This document shows positions 7,128 through 15,701 of a stretch of 32,000 bases of DNA, one piece after another. Both the position numbers and the translations under genes were made by a program. The notes beneath the pieces were generated by a model. That model was not told where the DNA came from and made no database searches. It saw only the letters and a list, made by a program, of their open reading frames with translations. Numbering within the stretch: position 1 is the first letter of the stretch; each line of letters starts with the position of its first letter. Origin of the DNA: Firmicutes bacterium UBA1393 (GTDB lineage: Bacteria > Bacillota > DTU025); assembly GCA_002305255.1 (NCBI GenBank), contig DBQN01000065.1, positions 2,529 through 34,528 of the forward strand, read 5' to 3'.

Positions 7128-10100
7128 CTAGAACGTGGTCTTCAGAGACAGACCGGCTACGCGCACACCATAGTCGTCAGGTCCACCAGCAGCATACAGC
7201 ACGTTCTTGATGTCGTACTTCAGCGTGAGGCTGGTGTTCTTGTAGAACTTGTGGTTCAGCGCGGCGCCGAACTGCAGGTACTCGCCTGACGGATGCACCG
7301 CCGTCGGAGTCTCGTACGCGCGCGACTCGTAGGACGCGGTTCCGCTCAGCGTGGTGTCAGGACTGAGGTTGAACGTCAGGCCACCGGCCAGTGCCAGACG
7401 AGTCAGGTCGTTGAACTCCTCGTCGTAGCTGGCATGGCTTGTGGGCACGTCGTGAGTCACATCGTAGCCAGCTTCAGCAGTGAGGGTGAGCCTATCCTCG
7501 ATAAGCGGCATGGCCATGTTCAGGCCAGCGCCCCAGATCTGCCACGTCTCAGCGCCGAAGCTCTGCTCCCAACCGCCGCGGAGCTTCAGAGTGTCGCCGC
7601 CGATAGGCGCATCGAGCTTGACATATCCGATGTAGGACATGGCGGGCTCCCAGCTGTCTTCGAAGTGGTTCTTCCAGGTGAAGCCAGCCGATACCGGCAT
7701 GTACTTCAGGTCGAAGCCCAGCTTCGCGACGCCTTCATTCTCCCAGTCCACGATGAACGCGTCGTAGTTGTAGGTTGCGTCAGCGCGGAGGGTCAGCCCG
7801 ATGCCGAGCAGTTGGGCATTGTACTTCACCCCGCCGCCGACCGTTGCGACGTCCTTGGATGCGAAGTCAGCATCACCCTTACGCTGTACCAGACCATTGA
7901 CGACGAACCCGCCGATCGAGTCGGTGACCAGCGTGAGCTTGCTCACCCTGGTATCGGGGGACACGCGGTCGGGATCGCTGCTGGACGTACCGCGGTAGGA
8001 AGGCGCATAGCCCTCGTCCACCTGGACGTGCGACGCCGCGATGTTAACCACGCCGAGCTTGCCGCCGATAGAGAGGTCTCTCGCATACACGAACTCGGTG
8101 GGTTCAGTGCTGAGGAGCTTGCTGTCAAACGCCGACAGCTCTCCACGGGCGCTCCAGGTGTCACTGAGCTTCAGCGATACGTCGGCACCGATGAGGCTCT
8201 CATCCGGATCGTCGCCGCTCGTGTCCTGTGACGGCTCGTCATGCACCTTCACCATGGCGCGCGCGCCAACGGTGATAGCCTCGGTGAGCTGCAACGTTCC
8301 AGCGGCGCCAGCGATGTGCATGTACTCGTAGGTGCTGGCATCGTTGCTGCCGTGCCCGACCTTGGCCACGAAGCCGCTGAGGTCAAGCTTGCCGGCATCA
8401 TGTGTCAACGCAATGCCCTCGATGGCCTTGCTGTTCCATACCTTGGCGCTGGCCTGGTACTTGGTCAGCCCGGCCGGACGAGCGAGCTCGCCAGCGAGGA
8501 TCGTCGTGACACTGTTCGGCGTCACGATGCTCATGTCGAGATCCAGCTTGGGCAGGACGCTGCTTGTGTCGGCAACTCCGAACACATCGGAGAGCAGACC
8601 TATCTGAGCTGTCACCGTAACGCCCGGATCAGGCTGGATGTTGAGCGTCAGCTTCAACTCGTTCTGCATGATAGAAGAGGGTATATACAGATCGTCGTCA
8701 TCGGGATCCGCTACCCTGTTGAACGGGTTCTTGTAGAGATCCGACACCGGAGCACCGGATATCTGCGACATCGCGTTGATATCCTCGAACCTCACCTCGT
8801 TAGAGCCAGTGAGCTTCACGCGGTTCAGCTCGGTCCAGAGGTTGCCGATGCTCGTCTTGTTGGTCGCGATATCAGCCTGCGCGATCTCGGTGTCCCTCTC
8901 CAGCTTGCGCACGCGCTGGGTGATGGGGGCGATCTCCTCGGTTCTGATCGCCGCTATGTCGCGGGCGTTCTGGTCGGCCTTGGCCTCGACCACAGCCAGC
9001 TGAGCCTCGAGATTCGAAACCCGGGCGCTCAATGCGTTGAGTTCCTTCTGGTACTCATCCTTGAGTGCAGCGATGGACGCGACCACCAAGTCGATGCGCG
9101 CTTCGAGATCCTCGCGCAGGGCGATCATGGAGTCGTAGAAGCCCATCTGCATCTCCGCCTTGAGCTGCAACAGGTCGAGATCATGCTGCTCGGCCAGGGC
9201 CTCGAGGGCTCTCTGCCATGCGTCTCTCTCGGCCGCGATGGAGTCGAGGAAGCTCACCTGGAGCTCTGCCCTGAGCTGAGCCAGATCGAGGTCGTGTTTC
9301 TCAGCAAAGGCCTGAAGCGCTCTCTCGCGGGCGTCCCTCTCGGCCGCGATGGAATCATAGAAGCTCATCATGAGTTCGGCCTTCTGCTGAAGCAGGGCTA
9401 CCTCCCAAGTGGCTTCCATGTCGTCGAGCCTCGCGTCGTACGCCGCCTTCATCTCATTGACGGAAGCGGTGTGCATCTCGAGGATCTCGTTACTCTGCGC
9501 CCTAAGCGCGGCCACGAGCTTCTGGTTGAGTTCGTCGGCGGTGGCTGCATTGGCTGCATTGAACTGAGCGATCAATTCAGCCTTCTGTTCGGCCAGGGCC
9601 TGGTCGAAACGCGCCTGGAGCTCGTTGTATCTTGCGTTGAGCTGACTGGTGGAGTTGACCAGCCTCATGTCGATATCGTTGAGCTTGCCGTCGACAACCA
9701 GGGCGGAATCGGCCATCTGGTTGTACACATTGCCGAACCTGGCGTTCGTTTCGGCAGACGACTGAGCCGCCTCGGCCTCAATCTGCGCAAACCGGGCGTC
9801 AACTCCGGCGGCATAGGCCTCGAACTTGCGGTCGACTTCGTCGCGATATGCGTTGAGCGACTCGCGCGCAGCATTGATAATCGCCATGCTGCTGTCGTCA
9901 ATAGCCTTGACCAGCATATCATCGTGACGGGCATCGATAGCAGCGATGATTGCCGCTTCCCTGTCAGCGATGGCCTTCTCAAGGTCAGCCCTGAGGTTGG
10001 CCAGCAGGATGTCGCGGTCAACGTTCGATGCGATAATCGAGTCGTAGAACGCCATCATCACTTCGGCCTTCTGCTGGAGCAGGGCCAACTCGATCTTGGA

Positions 10101-11063
10101 ATCGAGTTCTGCCAGGGCAGCCTCGCGCGCCGCTCTCTCCTCAGCGGCGTGAACAGCTAGCAGCGTGTTGATTGCCGCTTCATAGTCGGGGGCGGACTCG
10201 ACCGGCGTGGCACCGGTTGTCGATATCGTGAGCGCCTCCAACTTCCTGGCGAGCTCAAGGCTGATCTCCTGGTTCTGCTCTTCGGCAGCCTGCGCTTCCT
10301 CGTACAGCGCACGCCTCAGAGCCTCAAGGCGAGCATCGAAGTTGTCGTGGTCTGCCGCGAGCAACTTGATCTGCCCTTCGAGGTTCGCCACGGCTGCCTG
10401 CCATGCAGCGTTGCTCTCTGCTACTGCATCTGCAACCAGCTTCTCGCAACCGGGAAGCGTGGCCACTGACTGCTGCACTTCGGCACCCACAGGAGTGGTG
10501 CAGGACGCGAAATGTGCCTCATTTGCAGCTCTGACAGCCTCTATGGCTGCCCAGAGCTGGGCATGCTCGGCCTTGTTGGCTTCCGTCAGATCATCCACGC
10601 GCGCGAGCAGAGCAGAGAGCCTATCGTCAAACTGCTCCCACTGCGCCTCCGACATGCCGGCGATCTTCTCGGCGATCACTTGCTCGAGTATGGTGGCATC
10701 CGGCGAAGCCACAGGCTGAAGCACCACCCCGTCGGCTGGGCTGGCACTTGAGTCGGGAGCCTGCGTGCCTGAGACCTTGGCGTCAAGCTCGCCTACAGTC
10801 TCAGCGAGACTGCGGATGTCCCTGTCGAGGTACTCCAGGGCCCGGGCGATCATGATCGCCACCTCGTACCTGGTGGCCTGGTTCTTGCCCTGGAAGGTAC
10901 CATCAGGATAGCCCTCGACGATTCCCAGAGCCGCTAGGAGGTTCACGGCGTCCAACGCCCAGTGGTAATCGGGCACGTCTGAGAAAGGCGTGCTCGCCGT
11001 TACTGGGAGCGCCATCATGATCACCATGAGAGCACTCACTAGTATGGCCAGGAATTTCTTCAT
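7128..11063 (-). CDS. SLH domain / very long coiled coil / C-terminal beta-barrel outer-membrane tether (OmpM/SlpA-like), 1311 aa
   Basis: ATG 11063 with AAGGGGGGA upstream. Signal peptide MKKFLAILVSALMVIMMALPVTAS. SLH motif FSDVPDYHWALDAVNLLAALGIVEGYPDGTFQGKNQATRYEVAIMIARAL. About 670 residues of A/E/L/Q/D-rich heptad-like sequence. From about residue 750 (VKLTGSNEVRFEDINAM...) there is alternating beta-strand sequence ending GLSLKTTF. Confidence 0.85.
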   Translation of the reverse strand: MKKFLAILVSALMVIMMALPVTASTPFSDVPDYHWALDAVNLLAALGIVEGYPDGTFQGKNQATRYEVAIMIARALEYLDRDIRSLAETVGELDAKVSGTQAPDSSASPADGVVLQPVASPDATILEQVIAEKIAGMSEAQWEQFDDRLSALLARVDDLTEANKAEHAQLWAAIEAVRAANEAHFASCTTPVGAEVQQSVATLPGCEKLVADAVAESNAAWQAAVANLEGQIKLLAADHDNFDARLEALRRALYEEAQAAEEQNQEISLELARKLEALTISTTGATPVESAPDYEAAINTLLAVHAAEERAAREAALAELDSKIELALLQQKAEVMMAFYDSIIASNVDRDILLANLRADLEKAIADREAAIIAAIDARHDDMLVKAIDDSSMAIINAARESLNAYRDEVDRKFEAYAAGVDARFAQIEAEAAQSSAETNARFGNVYNQMADSALVVDGKLNDIDMRLVNSTSQLNARYNELQARFDQALAEQKAELIAQFNAANAATADELNQKLVAALRAQSNEILEMHTASVNEMKAAYDARLDDMEATWEVALLQQKAELMMSFYDSIAAERDARERALQAFAEKHDLDLAQLRAELQVSFLDSIAAERDAWQRALEALAEQHDLDLLQLKAEMQMGFYDSMIALREDLEARIDLVVASIAALKDEYQKELNALSARVSNLEAQLAVVEAKADQNARDIAAIRTEEIAPITQRVRKLERDTEIAQADIATNKTSIGNLWTELNRVKLTGSNEVRFEDINAMSQISGAPVSDLYKNPFNRVADPDDDDLYIPSSIMQNELKLTLNIQPDPGVTVTAQIGLLSDVFGVADTSSVLPKLDLDMSIVTPNSVTTILAGELARPAGLTKYQASAKVWNSKAIEGIALTHDAGKLDLSGFVAKVGHGSNDASTYEYMHIAGAAGTLQLTEAITVGARAMVKVHDEPSQDTSGDDPDESLIGADVSLKLSDTWSARGELSAFDSKLLSTEPTEFVYARDLSIGGKLGVVNIAASHVQVDEGYAPSYRGTSSSDPDRVSPDTRVSKLTLVTDSIGGFVVNGLVQRKGDADFASKDVATVGGGVKYNAQLLGIGLTLRADATYNYDAFIVDWENEGVAKLGFDLKYMPVSAGFTWKNHFEDSWEPAMSYIGYVKLDAPIGGDTLKLRGGWEQSFGAETWQIWGAGLNMAMPLIEDRLTLTAEAGYDVTHDVPTSHASYDEEFNDLTRLALAGGLTFNLSPDTTLSGTASYESRAYETPTAVHPSGEYLQFGAALNHKFYKNTSLTLKYDIKNVLYAAGGPDDYGVRVAGLSLKTTF
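9130..9351 (-). repeat. diverged tandem duplication, 2 x 111 bp (37 codons), inside the coiled-coil region
   Basis: Units 9130-9240 and 9241-9351 both begin gagtcg and end ctctcggccgcgatg. They encode SIAAERDARERALQAFAEKHDLDLAQLRAELQVSFLD and SIAAERDAWQRALEALAEQHDLDLLQLKAEMQMGFYD. A partial third unit follows (9352-~9400) and is echoed at 10039-~10100 (LLQQKAE[VL]MM[AS]FYDSI). Confidence 0.7.
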
Positions 11064-11342
11064 GTACTGTTCCCCCCTTATTCGTACTCAACGCTAAGGC
11101 TAACCTGAACGGGGTGCCATACCGAGTGGTCATGTTTCCTCGCGCAGCGCCCTGCCCACGTCAGCCGATGCGTGTCTCTGTGGCAGCCCGAGGGATCACT
11201 GATAAACCCGCCTCAAGCTGCGAGTATCCGCGCTCGACAAAGTGCACAGATATTCACACTACATTAGGATATTCTTCAGTCCCTAGGGAACTCCTTCCCC
11301 AGCGCGAAATTTGACCCACCGTTGCAAAACCCTTTTTAGCTG

Positions 11343-12683
11343 CTATTCAGCTATGAGCCTTATGGATGCGGAGGTGCTTGCGCGCCATATGTCAGTACCT
11401 GCCACAGCCTTCACCGTCTTCACTGCCCTGGAGTTGATCACCGCGACGATGGCGTTTGAGAATTCAGAGACGCTTAGAAGTGTCCCGATCTTGCCTTCCT
11501 CGTCGGAAGGCATTCCCTCGGCAATGAGAATGCTGTTGACCTGCTGCACGAGGGCAAGCAGGCTGGCCTGGACGCGGTCGGCGCCGGCGGCCCCGTCTAT
11601 CAGCGCAGACGCTATGACCTGGCCCTCTGAGTAGATCTTCTTGTCTGGATACACATGAAGCGATACCATCAGCGGCTCACCGCTCCAGGTGTTCACCGGA
11701 GATATGGCCCTGAGGACCACCCTATCAGACGACTCGTCGATCTTCTGGAAGGCGGCGAGCACATTTGCCTCTTCAAAGCTGAGGGTGAACTGATCGCCGT
11801 CGTCCCGGGCCGAGCGGGCCCCCCTACTCTGCGCCACGTCGTTTACTCTCAGAAGGAACGCGTTAACCTGCTCCTGGACGACCTGGGCAGGCTGTGAGCA
11901 GTCGATAATGGCTCCGAGCACCACCTCGTCAGCGCGGAAGATCACCTTGCCCCACATGGACAGCTGCCCTGCTTCCCACAGCAGTTCAGCACTGCGTTGT
12001 GTAGTCTCAGTCAGGGTACTCTCAAGCGTGGCGACTTCCTTCGCCAGCATGTCCCGGGTCTGAGTCAAGGCTTCGACCCGCTCAGTCTGTACTCTCTGCT
12101 CCTCTTCCAGCGCAGCAATATCCACCCGCGCGTTCTCAAGGTCGGCCGCGGCTGCCTCAAGCTGCGCGGACACGCCATCAAGATCTGACTCCATCTTCTG
12201 AAGCCTGCTGGATGCCTCAACCAGCCTGCCCTCTGAGTCTTTCAGGCGAGACTGGAGCATCGACAACTCATCGAGAGCGAGACCTCGCTCCTCAGATACG
12301 CGTGCTAGCTCGGCAACCGCACGATCATATTCGGACTGGAGATCCTCTCGCTCCTTGGCCATCTTGTCAACCTGCATTGACAGCTCATCTACCTGAGCTC
12401 TCTTAGCTTCCAGATCGGAAGTTGCCGTGGCCAGCGAGTCCTGAATCTCCTTTATCTCGAACAGTGCCGTCCTCACATTGTCGGAGGCGAGGGAAAGCAG
12501 AATGATGGAGCAGCCTGCGATCATCACGCCGGTCATGATAGTGACAATCATAGACGTGTACCTGGGGCGCAGGCCGAACATGGACAGCCTCTTTCGACCG
12601 ACCTTCATTCCGATGCGGTCACCAACGTAGGCTATGACTCCTCCTGCAATCGCCAGCACGACTATGAGGGGAAAACCATACAC
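11343..12683 (-). CDS. DUF3084-like membrane-anchored coiled-coil protein
   Basis: N-terminus FPLIVVLAIAGGVIAYVGDRIGMKVGRKRLSMFGLRPRYTSMIVTIMTGVMIAG (the GDR-x-G...KRLS-x-FGLRPR signature I associate with DUF3084). This is followed by ~170 aa of coiled coil and a ~200-aa globular C-terminal domain. The track start is GTG 12698. GTG 12683 has GGAGGGA 6 nt upstream. Confidence 0.6.
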   Translation of the reverse strand: MYGFPLIVVLAIAGGVIAYVGDRIGMKVGRKRLSMFGLRPRYTSMIVTIMTGVMIAGCSIILLSLASDNVRTALFEIKEIQDSLATATSDLEAKRAQVDELSMQVDKMAKEREDLQSEYDRAVAELARVSEERGLALDELSMLQSRLKDSEGRLVEASSRLQKMESDLDGVSAQLEAAAADLENARVDIAALEEEQRVQTERVEALTQTRDMLAKEVATLESTLTETTQRSAELLWEAGQLSMWGKVIFRADEVVLGAIIDCSQPAQVVQEQVNAFLLRVNDVAQSRGARSARDDGDQFTLSFEEANVLAAFQKIDESSDRVVLRAISPVNTWSGEPLMVSLHVYPDKKIYSEGQVIASALIDGAAGADRVQASLLALVQQVNSILIAEGMPSDEEGKIGTLLSVSEFSNAIVAVINSRAVKTVKAVAGTDIWRASTSASIRLIAE

Positions 12684-12714
12684 ACGCCATCCCTCCACGC
12701 TGCGACGCCCACTG

Positions 12715-13443
12715 CTACAGAGTGAATCTCTCTCCTAAGTACAACTGCCTTGCAGTTACGTCATCAGCGACTTCCCTGGCCGTTCCCGACACAACGATGC
12801 GTCCCTCATACAGAATGAGCGCACGATCCACGATCGCCAGAGTATCTCTGACGTTGTGGTCAGTGATGAGAACGCCCAGACCCCTCGACTTCATGTCTGC
12901 CACGATCCGCTGCAGCTCTCCCACGGCGATGGGATCGACTCCAGTGAATGGTTCGTCTAGCAGTACGTAAGCCGGAGACGCGGCCAGCACCCTGGCGATC
13001 TCCACTCGCCTTCGCTCACCCCCCGACAGGGTCATGCCCGGCTGGCGCGCAACATGCGACAGGTTCAGCTCTTCCCTCAGCTCTGCGAGACGTCGTTCTC
13101 TCTTGGCCTTCACCGGCTCAAAGAGCTCCAGCACAGCCAGGATGTTCTGATCCACGCTGAGCTTACGGAAGACCGAAGGTTCCTGGGCCAAGTATCCGAG
13201 GCCCAAGCGCGATCTGCGCCATGCCGGCAGACAAGTGACGTCCACGCCGTCTACCCATACCCTGCCTGCGTCGGGTTGCTCCAGGCCGACCACCATGTAG
13301 AACGTAGTGGTTTTTCCCGCTCCGTTTGGCCCCAGCAGGCCCACTACCTCGCCCTTCTCCAGAGTCAACTCGACCCCGTTGACCACGGTTCGGCCTCCGA
13401 AGCTCTTGACCAGAGCCTCCGCCCTGATTCCCACGCGACGCAC
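12715..13443 (-). CDS. lptB: LPS export ABC transporter ATP-binding protein LptB
   Basis: GLLGPNGAGKTTTFYMVVGL, LGLGYLAQEPSVFRKLSVDQN, LSGGERRRVEIARVLA, VLLDEPFTGVDPIAV, LITDHNVRDTL, and 242 aa in length. GTG 13434 is an alternative start. Confidence 0.9.
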   Translation of the reverse strand: MRRVGIRAEALVKSFGGRTVVNGVELTLEKGEVVGLLGPNGAGKTTTFYMVVGLEQPDAGRVWVDGVDVTCLPAWRRSRLGLGYLAQEPSVFRKLSVDQNILAVLELFEPVKAKRERRLAELREELNLSHVARQPGMTLSGGERRRVEIARVLAASPAYVLLDEPFTGVDPIAVGELQRIVADMKSRGLGVLITDHNVRDTLAIVDRALILYEGRIVVSGTAREVADDVTARQLYLGERFTL

Positions 13444-13653
13444 CGCCTCGCTTCAAGATCGGGCCAGGCAGCGACGACCTTACCCTCATGGAACACACTA
13501 ACCTGTATTGACGGTTCTTCCCACGCGAAGGTTCCCTCTGAAGGAGTTCCTTCGACAGCCATGAGCCTCACACCTGCCCCGCGGCATGGCCGGGATCTCG
13601 GTGATTGCTGGCAGGCACGGTGAGTCACGGCGTAACACGAGAGGCTGCGACCG

Positions 13654-14889
13654 CTAGCCAGGCACGCTTGAACGAATACCCTGTATCACAGCATCAGCCG
13701 CCCCCGGCAGCCCAACCGTCTCTTTCAGTCCCCTGGCCACCCTGTCGGCGGCGGCTGGATCACCGATCATCTCCACCACGGGGATGACTACGTCTTCCGG
13801 CCTGACTGAGCCCACAACCTCACGAGCGACGTCTCTGCCAGCCCTCATGTTTGGCCCTGACACGAGCACCGATCCGCCCGCCGGCTGCGATCGTGTCGCG
13901 ACGGCTCGCACCTGGCTCAGCATTCTCGCCCATCGACCGCCCCGCCTCGATACCAGGCCACGGGGAGCTACTACTATGTAAGGCACCCCCGCGTAAGCCA
14001 GCTCGTGGCAGAGGGGTCCGGGAACCGTCAGGACTGCGTCACAGCTGTAAAGGGCAGAGTGGTCGGGCCCAACATCAATGGGCACACGAACGCCCTCCTC
14101 GGTGATCAAAGTGAACGGCACCGCGCTGCGGTCTATTGAGGCAGCGGCGGCATCACTTCGAGCAGATCTTGATGTCGGCTTGAAGACGCTGTCGAGAGAA
14201 GCGGTACCAATGAACGGCGACAGCCGCAGTATGAACGAGGTGCCCCGCTCAACCCTGGCAAGCAATCCAGCTGCTTTGAGCATGAACGGGCCCATCTGAC
14301 GAGCCTCGCGAAGGCCGTCGCCCGGAAACAACCCGATTACCTTCACGGATCCGTCGCTTCTGTTTGCCACGGCCGACGCCGGCTCTCTCAACCCTGAGCT
14401 GCGCTCCATGGTGGCTGCAACGTCCAGACACAGATCGCCCACGACTCGCACCGAAGCGGGGGCCGCACCGCCAGCAATGAGAGCAGCTTGTACGCGCTCG
14501 TCTTCCACAAGGTACAGTGCTGACCCCCTTGGTACCACTGGATACTCGCGCGAGACGTAGTGAATAAGTGGATACCTCAGTCTCCTAGCCAGCGCCGCCG
14601 CAAAGCCCGAGTCACCGCCGAGGTTCACCACTACACCGCGCCCCGACACCGTGAATCCCCGTGGCCTCAGTCCCACGTAGGCCGTGTTCCATGCCTCACG
14701 GGGGCCGAATGCGCGCCTCACACCCCTGTAGGTAGAGGCAATGCGCACTTCACGGGCAAGAGCCTGCGATCCGGGCGAAGAGAACACCCATATGTCAGCC
14801 GCGGAGAACGCCAGAGCAGCCCTGTACGCCACAGGCCGTACAAGGCTGTTCATCTCTGCCGGACCGCCGGTCACCAGGACTATATCCAA
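13654..14889 (-). CDS. LpxB-like (lipid-A-disaccharide synthase-related) GT-B glycosyltransferase
   Basis: By-eye alignment to E. coli LpxB: [10 protein letters not shown] vs [34 protein letters not shown] vs [51 protein letters not shown] vs [42 protein letters not shown] vs VSLPNLLAGRELVKELL. TTG 14889 (GAGGTGG 7 nt upstream) gives [15 protein letters not shown]. The track start is TTG 14919. Confidence 0.6.
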   Translation of the reverse strand: [411 protein letters not shown]

Positions 14890-14936
14890 GACGCGACCAC
14901 CTCGTCCTACCGGGCACAATGCCCTTGGACGGAATT

Positions 14937-15701
14937 CTACAACGCAGCTACGTTTTCCTTCAGTGGAGCTGCCGCATAGGCCAGGGCACGCGCGTAGCGC
15001 CTCCCCACGTCTGACAAGGGGTTCGCGAGCACCGCGTCAGGGGCACCCTGTTCGACTACGGCGCCTGCCTCCATCAGGACGATGTTGTGCGCTGCTCTCA
15101 GCGCGAAGCCGATCTCGTGAGTCACGACCACCATGGTGGCCTCCAGTGTCCTCGAGAGCCGCTCCATCAAGCTTAGCACGTCCACCACCAGCGTGGGGTC
15201 GAGTGATGCCGTCGGTTCATCCCACAGGATCAGCGACGGATGATCGGCAATGGCCCTGGCAATGGCCACTCTCTGCATCTCACCGCCCGACAGTCCCCGC
15301 ACATCTTCATCAGCTCTGGAGTCCATGCCCACCTCAGCCAGAGCTCGCATCGACAGGTCGTGAGCCTCGTCCACTGACTTGCCCACGGCCACCATCGGCA
15401 GCATGACATTTCGCACGACATTGAGACGGGAGATGAGGTTCGATCTCTGAAACACCAGTCCCACTCCTCGCCTGAACCTCTCCAGCTGAGACTGGGACAT
15501 GGCAGTAACGTCTTCGCCCATCCACGTCACCTGCCCAGAATTCGGCTCCACTAGGCGGATTATGCTCCTGAGCGCTGTGGACTTGCCGCAGCCCGACGGC
15601 CCCATTACCGCCACGACGGAACCCGTAGGCACCTCCAAGCTGAATCCATCGAGGGCCCTTCCACTCGGGAACGTTACCGTCACGTCTTGCATTCTGAGCA
15701 T
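14937..15701 (-). CDS. ABC transporter ATP-binding protein, polar-amino-acid (GlnQ/ArtP)-like subclass
   Basis: ATG 15701 with GGGAGGTG 7 nt upstream gives MLRMQDVTVTF. Motifs: GPSGCGKSTALR, GLVFQRSNLISRLNVVRNV, LSGGEMQRVAIARAIA, LILWDEPTASLDP, VVVTHEIGFALRAA. It overlaps the upstream gene's 3' end by 22 nt. The first 52 codons of the track ORF are rejected. Confidence 0.85.
   Translation of the reverse strand: MLRMQDVTVTFPSGRALDGFSLEVPTGSVVAVMGPSGCGKSTALRSIIRLVEPNSGQVTWMGEDVTAMSQSQLERFRRGVGLVFQRSNLISRLNVVRNVMLPMVAVGKSVDEAHDLSMRALAEVGMDSRADEDVRGLSGGEMQRVAIARAIADHPSLILWDEPTASLDPTLVVDVLSLMERLSRTLEATMVVVTHEIGFALRAAHNIVLMEAGAVVEQGAPDAVLANPLSDVGRRYARALAYAAAPLKENVAAL

Noticed and set aside
8241-10160. 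639-aa plus-strand ORF, the second-longest ORF in this region
   Set aside because: It lies entirely antisense to the coiled-coil part of the 1311-aa gene. Its sequence is low-complexity (R/L/G/V/H-rich) with no motifs. GAG/GCC/CTG-rich sense codons leave the opposite strand free of stops. It is a shadow ORF.
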